Counted from the first letter of the stretch, positions 1 through 9,548 are shown. The stretch: 64,000 nucleotides of DNA from Pirellulaceae bacterium (GCA_041685355.1 JAWLFY010000005.1:5269-69268), one strand, 5' to 3'. The notes: generated by a model from the letters alone, not told the origin. Made by a program: numbers and translations.

Positions 1-14
1 AACGGTTCACATTC

Positions 15-497
15 GTGTTATTCATTCGTCGATTCTGGGTTGCCGGTTTGATCCTCGTCATGGTCGCGATTCATGCTGCCGTGATCGGTTACATCCGCAG
101 CCGCGTCGCTCAGGTCAACGAGCAACGCAGCACGGCGTTCGAGATCGGCGAATTCCGTTTCCAACCGGTCGCCGACCCTCAAACCGTCTATCACTTCCGC
201 CTGCACGCGATCGTCGACCCGTCCAAACGCCGACTCGGCGAAGAGCGGCTTTCGAAAATGCGGATGGAAATCTTGGAATCCTCCGAACAGATGCTCCGCC
301 AAGTCGACCCGGCGTGGCTCGACGACCCGAGTCAGGTCCAAATCCGCGAGCGGCTGATGGAGGTGATCCTCCAACACCTCGAACTGGCACTGATCCAACG
401 GGTGTTGATCACCGATTGGCTCGAACTCCCCGTGACGTCGGTCCAGGTCGACCTTCGTGACGCGCCCCCGCGAACGCCAAGCCCCGAGTCGACTTGA
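15..497 (+). CDS. Hypothetical single-pass membrane protein (FliL-like topology, tentative)
   Basis: ORF-track frame. It begins at GTG at position 15, so the true start may lie upstream of the window. It has an N-terminal hydrophobic helix (FWVAGLILVMVAIHAAVIGY) followed by a soluble domain. The stop TGA (495-497) lies inside the first copy of the 18-bp tandem repeat. No diagnostic motif was seen. Confidence 0.5.
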   Translation: MLFIRRFWVAGLILVMVAIHAAVIGYIRSRVAQVNEQRSTAFEIGEFRFQPVADPQTVYHFRLHAIVDPSKRRLGEERLSKMRMEILESSEQMLRQVDPAWLDDPSQVQIRERLMEVILQHLELALIQRVLITDWLELPVTSVQVDLRDAPPRTPSPEST

Positions 498-660
498 AAC
501 CCCGAGTCGACTTGAAGCCCCGAGTCGACTTGAAACCCCGAGTCGACTTGAAACCCCGAGTCGACTTGAAGCCCCGGGTCGACTTGAAACCCCGGGTCGA
601 CTTGAAGTCCCGGGTCGACTTGAAGTCCCGGGTCGACTTGAAGTCCCGGGTCCACTTGAG
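481..660. repeat. Tandem repeat, 10 copies of 18 bp (consensus RCCCGRGTCGACTTGAA)
   Basis: Counted directly: ten head-to-tail 18-bp units from 481 to 660. Variants form a gradient along the array (cccgag in the left copies, cccggg in the right; the leading base pair changes a/g to gt). Each unit carries a GTCGAC palindrome (AGTCGACT in the left copies). The array fills the convergent gap between the 15..497 ORF and the uspA-like gene. Confidence 0.95.
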
Positions 661-666
661 CTGGCG

Positions 667-1095
667 TCAAGATCGCAGCACCAACACGGGGCATCGCGCG
701 AGCCGGATCACCCGCTCGGCGACCGAGCCGAGCAACATGTGTTTGACGAAACCGCGGCCGTGGGAAGGGATCACGATCAGGTCGGCCGAAACCTTCGCGG
801 CGTAATCGGTGATCTCGCGTCCGGCGTCTCCGATGATCACCTTCAGCGTGACCCCTTCGTGGCCGTGCTCGGCGAGCTGCTCCCGGAGATAGTCCGCGCT
901 CGATCGGATTCGTGACTCGTCGGTCACCGTCCCGTACACGACCCCGGGTTCCATCGCCATCAACGGCGCCAAGACGTGGACCGCGTGCACCTTGGAGGCG
1001 TCGCCGGCGATTTCGATCGCCCGGGCGAGCGCCTCCCATGCGAGCTCGGAATGGTCGATCGGGACGACGAGACGTTCGGGTTGGAGACCGGGCAT
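667..1095 (-). CDS. Universal stress protein (UspA family)
   Basis: 142 aa with an ATG start at 1095. UspA-like layout: N-terminal 'RLVVPID.S', 'DLIVIPSHGRG' and C-terminal 'LGSVAERVIRLARCPVLVL'. Confidence 0.85.
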   Translation of the reverse strand: MPGLQPERLVVPIDHSELAWEALARAIEIAGDASKVHAVHVLAPLMAMEPGVVYGTVTDESRIRSSADYLREQLAEHGHEGVTLKVIIGDAGREITDYAAKVSADLIVIPSHGRGFVKHMLLGSVAERVIRLARCPVLVLRS

Positions 1096-1180
1096 CGGAT
1101 GACCTCGAGGCAGGAATCGACGGCCGGCCGGTCCCCTCGACCGGCCCCGTCGCCGACATTGTCCGCCGCCCTCTCGAAGC

Positions 1181-1250
1181 CGTCAAACGGCCCCCGTCAA
1201 ACGGCCCCCGCCAAACGGCCCTCCGAAAGCGGCCTTCCGAAAGCGGCCCT
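1181..1250. repeat. Degenerate tandem repeat, about 5 copies of 14 bp (cgtcaaacggcccc / ccgaaagcggccyt)
   Basis: Read directly. It lies between the uspA-like start and the stop of the 1078-aa gene. Confidence 0.8.
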
Positions 1251-4200
1251 CACTCCTCCGGCCGGGCCGCGAACCTCGGGGTGATCCGCGGCGCGTCGCG
1301 GTGGCTGAGCGCGAACCCGACCCACCCGTCCCTCAGCTCGAGCTGGCTGACGACCAAGTCCTCCATCGCCGGATGCTCGGTGATCGCCGGGAGCATCAAC
1401 GGGAGTGACCGCGACGTCGAGAACACCTTGTTGAAAATCGCCCGCACCGGGAACCGTTCCCGCATCGACATCGCGGGCCCGCTGATCGAAAGGTGTCCGT
1501 CGCGAACCAGCCTCGCTTCCCGGCCCTCGATCTCGGGACGGTAGCCGGCCCGCACGATGAACCGACGAAGGTCCAATCGGTCTCCCTGCGACAAACGCAT
1601 CACCCGCATCGTGACCCACAACCGCCCCTCTTCGATTTCGACCGTCACCGGCCGCGTCGGGGCGAACTGGATCATCACGTCCTCCGGGATGTCGTCGGGC
1701 AACCGAGTCCCCGGACGTTCGAACCGTGACAATGTCTCCCGCACGATCGCGTCGATCGATCGGCTCTCCTCTCGCGGCACCAATTGCTCCACCGTGTTAT
1801 TGATCGCCGATTGATGGATTTGCAAACTCATCAGACTCGAACGCGGCGCCCGAGGCCGCGGCGTGTACGCGGCGAGTTGCCAGTCCCCGGCCAATCGGTA
1901 ACGCGAGATCAACCGCTGGCCGGTCGTCTGCATGTCGACCACCATCGGGTCGAGCCGCATCGTCCCGAGCGGCCCGAACAGCGATCGGTTGAGACGCTCG
2001 GTCGCCTCGCCGATCGACGCTTCGACCCGTCCGTCGATTTCGTCGGTGATCTCGCGACGTACCTTTTCCTGGGCATAACGGTCGGTCCGCGGTTTCAGAT
2101 CGTGATAGCGGCTGGTGGCGATGCCACGCACCAACGAACCGATCAACGGCCACCCGTCGTACTCGGTTTCGATCCCCCGCAACCGAGACCCGCCATCGAC
2201 GCTGGCGTCCGCGTCGCCAAGGCGAACGCCCCCCTCGCGTGTCACCTCGATCGGCTTCGACACGGCGAAATTCGACGCCCCCGAAGTCCGTACCGCGACC
2301 GGCCCGTTTCGTCCGACCGAACGCGTCTCGACCGCCCCCTCGCTCAATAGCCGCAACGACCAACGGTCCCCGCTGGGAAGCAACCGCAGGCGGAGGTCGG
2401 TGCTCACTTGGCTCACCCCTCGGACACGACTGCCGAATAGCATCGCCCGAATCGGGACCGTCTGCGGTTCGACCTCCGGGATCAGTCGCTCCAGGAAATC
2501 GTCGCTGATCGCCACCCGCACGTTCGCGTTTCGGTAATGGACGTCGACCGCCTTGGCGACCCGCGCCGCGCCGGGCCGACTCGCGAATCGCAGCGATTGC
2601 ACCGCGTCGGCGATCTCGAGCGACGCGAGATCGATCGAATCGCTCTCCTTGCTCTCCAACTGGTCGAGCAAACGCGCGTAATCCACCGACGTGCGGTTCC
2701 AACCGCGGACCGATTCGGCCAACGCTACGATCGGTTCACCGTCGAGCCATTCCCGATGGACCGGGTCCAGCCCGTGCCAACGCAGACGCGACAAAAACCG
2801 CTGCGCGAGCAACGCCCGTTCCGCCTCGACCTCGATCGGCCCCCGCCCCGTCTCGACCGGCCCCCGCCCGCCGGATCCGCCAGCCGTCGCGGCCCGCTCT
2901 AAATCGTCGAGCAACAGGTACGATTCCCATCCCTCGACGTCTCCGGTCACCGAGAGCTCCCGACGAACGCGCGCGATCGCCGCGGTGACCCGACGCGTCG
3001 CCACAGAACTCGTGTCGGAGGGGTCGGCCGCGTCACTCGCCAACCGCCAAATCGCTTCCCAAACCGCCAACCGCCGTGACAACGCGTGGCTGGCGCGAAG
3101 CCATTCGAGCTGCTCCCGACGATCGTCCAACCCTTCGGCGTGCCGTAGGCCCTCGTCCGCTCGCTCCGACAACGCACCGATCAACTCGCCCGCCTCGGGG
3201 GCCGCGAGCCGTTCGAGCGATCGGAGCCGCGTCAGCAGACTCCGGACATCAGTCGACCATCGCACCGCGTCCGACCCAGCCCCCACCGCCGGCCGTGCGG
3301 CGCTGACAAGTTGGGTCTCCGTCAATCCACGTCCCGAAGCGACCGCGGTCAGCGTCTTCAACTGCTGCTCCAACCGACTCGCCACCGGCCACCCGTCAAC
3401 GCCCTGCTCATCCCCAGCCGACCCAGCCTTCTCCTGAGCCGACCCAGCCTTCTCCTGAGCCGACCCAGCCTCATCCCGAGCCGACCCAGTTTCCCGAGCG
3501 GGTGAGTTCTCCCCGAGGCCGGATTCGTCCGCCGCGACGCTTTCGGCCTCCACCTCCCGGGCACGCTCCGCGCTCGGGGCGCTCGCCGCGTCTTGGGTGC
3601 TCGCCGCGTCTTGGGTGCTCCTGCCCGTCCTGCCCGAGTCCGCATCCGCGGCATCGGCGGCGTCGGGTCGGGTGCGGAGGCTCGACACGCTGGCAACCTT
3701 CGCCGACGGCGGCACCTCGTTCGCCCGCCCGAGCTCAACCTGCCCAGGTTCTGTCCCCGAATCTCCCGTCCCCGCCCCGTTCGGCCCCGCCGCATCCTGA
3801 CCCCACACCACTGGCGAGTCGAGCGTCACCACCGCATCCCCCAAACTCTCGACGCGGCCCTGGTCTTCAAGCGTCGGTTGTTCACGGGGGCTGACTCCGA
3901 TGTCGCTCCCGAAGCTGCCCAGGCCGCCACGGTGGTTTTCCCAGCTGACCGCGATTCCGCTGCCACTCGCACCCGCTCGCCGCCGTTCGGTCAAGTCCTC
4001 GACGGTTACTTCGCGGTCGTCAGCGAAGTCCAGCTCGAACCCAAGTGTCGACGCGAGTCCCGCCAGCTCTTTTCGCTCGTCGATCCGGGGGGCGGTCAGC
4101 GGTCCCGAGCTCGGGTCCCAGATCCCCGCGAGCCGGTCAGGTACCCGCGGCCCGCGACTGCCCCGCCCTCGGCGTTGGGCGACGTCGGCCCCCGAGGCGA

Positions 4201-4486
4201 ACTGGTCGGCCGGCGCGAGGCTCCAGTCCGCCGTCGGGCGCACCGCACCGCGGATCGACCCGTCACGCGTCGGGCCGTTCGCCCGTCCCGCTGTGTTCCC
4301 CCGCCACCCGGCGTTCCCCCACCACCCGGCGATCCCCCACCACCCGGCGATCTCGGTACGGGCCGAGACCGTCTGCCGGTGAAACTCGGCGAGGCGACCC
4401 GGTTGGTGAAACCACGACCCGACCACGATGGCGGCCGAAGCGGCGGCTGGCCAAACCAGCAGCGATCGATTCACGTCCCTACGCAT
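1250..4486 (-). CDS. Large conserved-hypothetical protein (1078 aa), N-terminal membrane anchor/signal, low-complexity acidic middle
   Basis: Long uninterrupted ORF with an ATG at 4486. N-terminal hydrophobic segment (LLVWPAAASAAIVVGSW). In-frame repeats GWWG/GWRG, STQDAA x2 and EKAGSAQ x2-3. The C-terminal ~600 aa are non-repetitive with ordinary protein-like composition. I recognise no family. Confidence 0.7.
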   Translation of the reverse strand: MRRDVNRSLLVWPAAASAAIVVGSWFHQPGRLAEFHRQTVSARTEIAGWWGIAGWWGNAGWRGNTAGRANGPTRDGSIRGAVRPTADWSLAPADQFASGADVAQRRGRGSRGPRVPDRLAGIWDPSSGPLTAPRIDERKELAGLASTLGFELDFADDREVTVEDLTERRRAGASGSGIAVSWENHRGGLGSFGSDIGVSPREQPTLEDQGRVESLGDAVVTLDSPVVWGQDAAGPNGAGTGDSGTEPGQVELGRANEVPPSAKVASVSSLRTRPDAADAADADSGRTGRSTQDAASTQDAASAPSAERAREVEAESVAADESGLGENSPARETGSARDEAGSAQEKAGSAQEKAGSAGDEQGVDGWPVASRLEQQLKTLTAVASGRGLTETQLVSAARPAVGAGSDAVRWSTDVRSLLTRLRSLERLAAPEAGELIGALSERADEGLRHAEGLDDRREQLEWLRASHALSRRLAVWEAIWRLASDAADPSDTSSVATRRVTAAIARVRRELSVTGDVEGWESYLLLDDLERAATAGGSGGRGPVETGRGPIEVEAERALLAQRFLSRLRWHGLDPVHREWLDGEPIVALAESVRGWNRTSVDYARLLDQLESKESDSIDLASLEIADAVQSLRFASRPGAARVAKAVDVHYRNANVRVAISDDFLERLIPEVEPQTVPIRAMLFGSRVRGVSQVSTDLRLRLLPSGDRWSLRLLSEGAVETRSVGRNGPVAVRTSGASNFAVSKPIEVTREGGVRLGDADASVDGGSRLRGIETEYDGWPLIGSLVRGIATSRYHDLKPRTDRYAQEKVRREITDEIDGRVEASIGEATERLNRSLFGPLGTMRLDPMVVDMQTTGQRLISRYRLAGDWQLAAYTPRPRAPRSSLMSLQIHQSAINNTVEQLVPREESRSIDAIVRETLSRFERPGTRLPDDIPEDVMIQFAPTRPVTVEIEEGRLWVTMRVMRLSQGDRLDLRRFIVRAGYRPEIEGREARLVRDGHLSISGPAMSMRERFPVRAIFNKVFSTSRSLPLMLPAITEHPAMEDLVVSQLELRDGWVGFALSHRDAPRITPRFAARPEE

Positions 4487-4803
4487 CCCTCATTCTCTTC
4501 CGTGAAAGGGCGGTGTCCCCCACGCGATCGGCGGTCCGGGCCGTCGCGGCGTCCGTGTCCACATGCTCCACCATCGACTTCCATCGGCCCGAACATCCAT
4601 CAGCCATGAGCCGGTCCGCCCAGCCGTCACGGCATCCCGATCAGACATCCCCCGCGTTACCGTTAACGCCGTCAAATCCGGGATTCCCGCCCCATCACAA
4701 CCCCGCCGAACAAACGTCCCGGTCGGCCGCTGCGGTCAACCCGAATGATGAATTTGCCGTGTGAAGGGCTGACGACTCGGCCCCTCTTGCGTAACCTTTC
4801 CGC

Positions 4804-5754
4804 ATGAACCCCCCATTTCGCAAAATTTTCGTCGCCGGCCATCGCGGCATGGTCGGCTCGGCTGTCTGTCGGCGGTTGGCAAAAGATGACGTCGAGGTGA
4901 TCGTCGCCGACCGGAATTCGCTCGATCTCCGCGACGAGTCCGCGGTGCTCGCGTTCCTCCGTGACCGACGCCCCGACGCGATCGTGTTCGCCGCGGCAAA
5001 GGTCGGCGGGATCGTCGCCAACAACAGCTACCCCGTCGCGTTTTTGTCGGAAAACGTGCAGATGGCGGTTTCGTCGATCAACGCCGCCTACGAAGCCGGG
5101 GTCGAACGCTTCCTGTTCCTCGGCAGCACCTGCATCTACCCCCGAGATTGCCCCCAACCGATCGAGGAAACGTCGCTCCTGACCGGGCCCCTCGAAAAGA
5201 CGAACGAGGCCTACGCGTTGGCGAAAATCGTGGGGCTGAAACTGTGTGAGTACTACCGTCGTGAGCGAGGGGTCCGTTACCACAGCGCGATGCCGACCAA
5301 CCTGTACGGCCCCGGCGACAACTATCACCCCGAGCACAGCCACGTGCTGCCCGCGTTGATCCGACGCTTCGAAGACGCGAAACGCGCCGGTGACGACGCC
5401 GTCACGATCTGGGGAAGTGGCACCCCACGCCGGGAATTCCTGTACGTCGAAGACTTGGCCGACGCGATCGTGCACCTGCTCGGCGTCGACGACCCGCCCG
5501 ATTGGGTCAACGTCGGGACCGGGACCGACCTGACGATTCTCGAACTCGCCCGTCTCGTCGCCGAAACCGTCGGCTTCCGCGGTCGCGTCGAAACCGACCC
5601 CTCACGGCCCGACGGCACCCCGATCAAATGCACGAACGTCGCGCGGCTCCATGCGCTCGGTTGGCGGCACCGCGTCGAACTCCCCGAAGGCCTCCGTCGC
5701 ACCTACGAAGCCTACCTGGCGGAATCCGATGCCGGGCTCCTCCGCTCCGTCTGA
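4804..5754 (+). CDS. fcl: GDP-L-fucose synthase (GDP-4-keto-6-deoxy-D-mannose 3,5-epimerase/4-reductase)
   Basis: 316 aa. Rossmann motif 'IFVAGHRGMVGSA', 'GSTCIYP', catalytic Y-x-x-x-K in 'NEAYALAKI', and 'MPTNLYGPGDNY'. Adjacent to gmd. Confidence 0.92.
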   Translation: MNPPFRKIFVAGHRGMVGSAVCRRLAKDDVEVIVADRNSLDLRDESAVLAFLRDRRPDAIVFAAAKVGGIVANNSYPVAFLSENVQMAVSSINAAYEAGVERFLFLGSTCIYPRDCPQPIEETSLLTGPLEKTNEAYALAKIVGLKLCEYYRRERGVRYHSAMPTNLYGPGDNYHPEHSHVLPALIRRFEDAKRAGDDAVTIWGSGTPRREFLYVEDLADAIVHLLGVDDPPDWVNVGTGTDLTILELARLVAETVGFRGRVETDPSRPDGTPIKCTNVARLHALGWRHRVELPEGLRRTYEAYLAESDAGLLRSV

Positions 5755-5799
5755 CGGCCCCCGCGTTCGAACCGCCGTCCCGTGTCATGCCGTCCAACG

Positions 5800-5843
5800 C
5801 CCGAAACGAACCCGAAACGAACCCGAAACGAACCCGAAACGAA
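5800..5843. repeat. Tandem repeat, 4 copies of 11 bp (cccgaaacgaa)
   Basis: Read directly in the fcl-gmd intergenic spacer. Confidence 0.85.
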
Positions 5844-5878
5844 CCCTGTCCCTTTTCTCGCACTGACCACGTGACCCC

Positions 5879-6895
5879 ATGGCGAAATCCGCACTGATCA
5901 CCGGAATCACCGGACAAGACGGCAGCTACCTGGCCGAACTCCTGCTCGACAAGGGCTACCAAGTCCACGGACTCGTTCGCCGCAGCAGCACGTTCTCGAC
6001 CGAACGCATCGACCACATCTATCAAGACTTTCACGAGTCCCCCCAGCTCCTGCTCCACTACGGCGACCTCACCGACGGCCAGGCGCTCACCAACTTGGTG
6101 CTCGAGATCCAACCCGACGAGATCTACAACCTGGGGGCACAAAGTCACGTCCGGGTGTCGTTCGACCAACCGGTTTACACCCTCCATACCGTCGGCGTCG
6201 GGGCGCTCAACGTGCTCGAAGCCGCCCGCCTGTTGAACAAGACCAAGCCGGTTCGCGTCTATCAGGCCAGTAGTAGCGAAATGTACGGCGACGTGATGCA
6301 GACCCCGCAATCGGAAACGACGCCGTTCAACCCGCAATCCCCCTACGCCTGTGCCAAGGTCTACGCGTTTCACCAAACGGTCAACTATCGCCGAAGCTAC
6401 GACCTGTTCGCCAGCAACGGGATCCTGTTCAACCACGAATCGGAACGGCGGGGCGAAACCTTCGTGACGCGAAAAATTACCCGCGCCGCCGGACGGATCA
6501 AAACCGGAATGCAAAACAAACTGTTCCTCGGAAACCTCGACGCCAAACGGGACTGGGGATACGCCAAGGACTATGTCGAAGGGATGTGGCGAATCCTGCA
6601 ACACGACGAGCCGGACGATTTCGTGCTCGCCACCGGCCGCACCGAGACGGTCCGCGATTTCTGTCGCCTCGTGTTCAACCAACTCGACCTCCGCTACGAG
6701 GATTACGTCGAGATTGACCCCCGCTACTTCCGTCCCGCCGAAGTCGACCTGTTGCTCGGGGACGCGTCGAAGGCGAAGGAAAAACTCGGCTGGGAAGCGA
6801 CCACCGACCTGGAAGCCCTCGCCCGGATCATGACCGAACACGATCTCGACCTCGCCCGCCGCGAAGCCCACTCGAAGAGCTACGTCCCGAGTTAA
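5879..6895 (+). CDS. gmd: GDP-mannose 4,6-dehydratase
   Basis: 338 aa. '[27 protein letters not shown]', 'QASSSEMYG', 'SPYACAKVY' (Y-x-x-x-K), '[20 protein letters not shown]'. Confidence 0.95.
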   Translation: MAKSALITGITGQDGSYLAELLLDKGYQVHGLVRRSSTFSTERIDHIYQDFHESPQLLLHYGDLTDGQALTNLVLEIQPDEIYNLGAQSHVRVSFDQPVYTLHTVGVGALNVLEAARLLNKTKPVRVYQASSSEMYGDVMQTPQSETTPFNPQSPYACAKVYAFHQTVNYRRSYDLFASNGILFNHESERRGETFVTRKITRAAGRIKTGMQNKLFLGNLDAKRDWGYAKDYVEGMWRILQHDEPDDFVLATGRTETVRDFCRLVFNQLDLRYEDYVEIDPRYFRPAEVDLLLGDASKAKEKLGWEATTDLEALARIMTEHDLDLARREAHSKSYVPS

Positions 6896-7282
6896 AGTCC
6901 CCCCTTAACCGCTTCCGCCGAGCGACAGCGGGGTGCGACCGACGAAAGCCCCAAGCCGCCGTTTCAGGGCGTGGATGCCCCGCGGATCCTTTTCCCGATC
7001 GAGGTTCCTCCGCGATGTTCGTGGCCGTTGGTCCGGTTTCCGGTCCAGCCGGAGAACGATCGGGCGCGTCCCGCGTACTCGCAGAACGACGTCGGGGTCA
7101 TCTCCGAGCGGTCAGCGGAGGCCCTGTCGGCGACCGACCCGGGCGAGACCGGAGAGAGGCTGGAGCAGATGATCGCTTCTGAACCGATCGAGCCATTGAA
7201 CACCGGCCCAACTATTTGGGTGCCGGCCCAGCCATTCGGTGCCGATTTGGGTGACATCGATTCGGCGTCGTCGCAGAAACAG

Positions 7283-7366
7283 CGGAGGACACGGGACTCG
7301 AACCCGCAACCGGTTACCCGGCAACTGATTTCGAATCAGTCTGCTAGCCAATTCGCATATCCTCCG
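7283..7366 (-). tRNA. tRNA-Ser (anticodon CGA), type II with long variable arm
   Basis: Folded by hand from the minus-strand sequence GGAGGATATGCGAATTGGCTAGCAGACTGATTCGAAATCAGTTGCCGGGTAACCGGTTGCGGGTTCGAGTCCCGTGTCCTCCG. Acceptor stem GGAGGAT/GTCCTCC. Anticodon stem ACTGA/TCAGT with loop TTCGAAA (U33, CGA, A37). Variable arm CCGG-GTAA-CCGG. T-arm GCGGG-TTCGAGT-CCCGT. CCA is not encoded. The ends are uncertain by 1-2 nt. Confidence 0.85.
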
Positions 7367-7402
7367 GCTGTTTTTCTATCCTGTCCCGAACGCCGCGATT
7401 CG

Positions 7403-7828
7403 TCAAGCCGCTCGCGATCTGGGGGGCACGGTGAACCCGTTTTTCCCTGAAATTCGCCGGAACGCGGCGGTCGCCCGGCGGAGTTCGCCGTCGCCGGCCA
7501 GTACCGATTCGATGGCGCCGCCGCGGGGGTGATCCCCGTGGACCCTCAGGTCACCGGCGGGGCCGGATTCGAGTTGGAGTGGTCGATCGACCGGAATCCC
7601 CGCCCCCCCGAGCAATTCGCGGACACGGGTCACGGCACGTTCGAGCCACCCCGAGACGTCTTGAGGCGTTTCGTCGGTCCCTGCGGCGGCCGCCGCGGGA
7701 TCACCGCTGGCGGCGGCGTCGCCATGAAGGACTTGGTCGAACGAGAGCGCCTCGCCGATCCGGCCGGCCACGTCGGTCGCGATCCGTGCCGCGGCGGTCA
7801 CCGTCGTGGGATTGATCGGGAAACTCAA
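7403..7828 (-). CDS. Hypothetical protein (weak call)
   Basis: Part of ORF 7403..7978. A TTG at 7828 overlaps the TGA stop of the upstream 7825..8136 gene (TTGA), which would give translational coupling. Ala/Gly/Asp-rich, with no recognisable domain. It could be a high-GC artefact. Confidence 0.3.
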   Translation of the reverse strand: MSFPINPTTVTAAARIATDVAGRIGEALSFDQVLHGDAAASGDPAAAAAGTDETPQDVSGWLERAVTRVRELLGGAGIPVDRPLQLESGPAGDLRVHGDHPRGGAIESVLAGDGELRRATAAFRRISGKNGFTVPPRSRAA

Positions 7829-8136
7829 TGTCGATGCTCCGTTTCGAACCCGTACTCCTTGAGCCATTTTTCCCACTTGCTCGCCTCGGCGTGCGTCTTC
7901 AGCGACAGCTCCCGCCACTTGGGACAGCGGTACTTCACGTCGTGGTGCCCGTTGTGGGCGTGCTGTTTCACCTCGCAACCGAGCTTCTCGAGCGTTCCCG
8001 CGATCGTCTCCGCTTTCTTCTCGTCGTGGATGTGCTTCGCCTTCCAGTCTTTGCAGTGGTAGCGGACGATTTCCGCCGCCGACGCGGTCGTGGCGAAACC
8101 GAACAGCAGGGTGGCGAGGGCAAGCAATCGGATCAT
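7825..8136 (-). CDS. Small secreted His/Lys-rich protein (103 aa)
   Basis: ATG at 8136. Clear signal peptide (MIRLLALATLLFGFATTASA|AE). The mature part is rich in H, K, E and C (HCKDWKAKHIHDEKK...HAHNGHH...EHRH). Its codon usage is less GC-biased than the shadow frames. Confidence 0.6.
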   Translation of the reverse strand: MIRLLALATLLFGFATTASAAEIVRYHCKDWKAKHIHDEKKAETIAGTLEKLGCEVKQHAHNGHHDVKYRCPKWRELSLKTHAEASKWEKWLKEYGFETEHRH

Positions 8137-8258
8137 GGCGGCGTCGGTCCCTTGGTCAAAGAGGGCGTGGGATGTCGAAGTCGTGAAGTCACGGCAAGGC
8201 GAGCGGCTCGACAGCCGCCGCCTCGCGTGTTCCCGGATACGAGACGGCGGTGGGCCGA

Positions 8259-8371
8259 GTCAAGGTGACTCCCAAGACGTCACGTCAAGGTGACTCCCAA
8301 GACGTCACGTCAAGGTGACTCCCAAGACGTCACGTCAAGGTGACTCCCAAGACGTCACGTCAAGGTGACTC
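8259..8371. repeat. Tandem repeat, 4.5 copies of 25 bp (gtcaaggtgactcccaagacgtcac)
   Basis: Four perfect 25-bp units (8259-8358) and one partial unit (8359-8371). The partial unit contains the stop codon and last codons of the Gfo/Idh/MocA gene. Each unit contains the inverted pair GTGAC...GTCAC. Confidence 0.95.
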
Positions 8372-9400
8372 GATCGGCACCGGTTTGCCCGCCCGCACCG
8401 ATTCCTCGGCCGCCAAACAGATCGCGACCGACCATCGTCCGTCTTCGGCGGTGCAGTGGAGCGGGGTCCCGTTTCGGTGGGCGTCGACGACCCGGGCGAT
8501 TTGGTCCTCCAGCTCGAACAGTTCGCCCGTCGGCTTTTCGATCGCGACGTCGTGGACCGTTTCTCCGTCGAACGCCCGCAACCGGAACGTCGGGTGCCGC
8601 GTGCGGTCCATCGCCCCGCTCCAAGACGCCCACAGCGCGCCTCGGGTCCCGGTGATCTTGACGGTTTGGTGGTGCTCGAACGCCGCGAGCGTTTGCGAGA
8701 CGACGGCGTACGCCCCCCCGTGGAAGTGCATGATCGCGCTGAAGTTGTCCTGCAGTTCGGGGTGGTCGGGCTGCCGCGAGTTCCCCGTCGCATAGATCTG
8801 CGTCGGATCGCCGGACGCGGAGAGGTACCAGCGTGCCAAGTCGAAGAAATGGATCGGCTCCTCCAGGATCCAGCTGCCGACGCGGGACAGGTCGTACCGC
8901 CATCCGTCGGAGCCGAGCCGGTACGGGTTTCGCGACAGTTCGACCAACGCGTAGAGGGGCGTCCCGATGAACCCTTCATCGATCATTTGTTTCGCCTTGC
9001 CCCACATCGACGAGAGGCGGAGTTCGTGACCGACGGCGAACAGGCGGGCATTCTCGCGGGCGACCTTGATCATGTCGTCACACTCTTCGACCGTGATCCC
9101 CATCGGTTTCTCGAGCAACAGGTGCTTCCCCGCCTTCAACACCGCCGTCGCGACTTCGTGGTGCAGGTGGCTGGGGACGACGACGTCGACGACCTCGATG
9201 TCGTCCCGGCGGAGCAATTCGTGGTAGTCGGTCACCACGTTCGCGTCGGGGTAGGCCTCGGTGGCGCGGGCCGCGGAAGCTTCGCTGTGGGTCGCGATCG
9301 CGGCGAGCCGGGCCCCCAACGTCTTCGTGATCGCGTCGGCGTGATGCTGGCCCCAGGCTCCGAATCCGATCAGCCCAAAGGGTACCGGTTGGTCGTTCAT
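8360..9400 (-). CDS. Gfo/Idh/MocA family oxidoreductase
   Basis: 346 aa. N-terminal Rossmann 'FGLIGFGAWGQHHA', 'VVVPSHLHHEVATAVLKAGKHLLLEKP' (EKP motif), and a C-terminal alpha/beta domain. Confidence 0.9.
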   Translation of the reverse strand: MNDQPVPFGLIGFGAWGQHHADAITKTLGARLAAIATHSEASAARATEAYPDANVVTDYHELLRRDDIEVVDVVVPSHLHHEVATAVLKAGKHLLLEKPMGITVEECDDMIKVARENARLFAVGHELRLSSMWGKAKQMIDEGFIGTPLYALVELSRNPYRLGSDGWRYDLSRVGSWILEEPIHFFDLARWYLSASGDPTQIYATGNSRQPDHPELQDNFSAIMHFHGGAYAVVSQTLAAFEHHQTVKITGTRGALWASWSGAMDRTRHPTFRLRAFDGETVHDVAIEKPTGELFELEDQIARVVDAHRNGTPLHCTAEDGRWSVAICLAAEESVRAGKPVPIESP

Positions 9401-9548
9401 CCGTCGTTGTCTCCTCGTGGTCTATGAAGTTCGGCCACCAGTTTAGCCGGGAACCCCCGTGCGCATCGCCCCCGTCGGAAGGTCCGCCGTGCGGTACACT
9501 GGCGACGAGCGTTCCGATCCGAAACATGCGAGACAGCAAGGTGATTCG

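Noticed and set aside
481-660. Possible CRISPR array.
   Set aside because: The units are contiguous with no spacers and are only 18 bp long. No cas genes occur in the window. The same reasoning applies to the 25-bp array at 8259-8371.
332-1186. Long ORFs (332..1186 -, 457..915 +, 494..805 +) encoding QVDPGL / PSRLET / KPRVDL repeat 'proteins'.
   Set aside because: They are simply translations of the 18-bp tandem array in different frames. They also overlap the well-supported uspA-like gene. No independent coding evidence exists.
5624-6871. 415-aa ORF antisense to gmd.
   Set aside because: It is a shadow ORF. gmd is unambiguous on the + strand.
7150-7282. A/T-richer tract downstream of tRNA-Ser, considered as a possible integration scar or att site.
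   Set aside because: I found no direct repeat of the tRNA 3' end elsewhere in the window. There is also no integrase gene nearby, so the support is insufficient.
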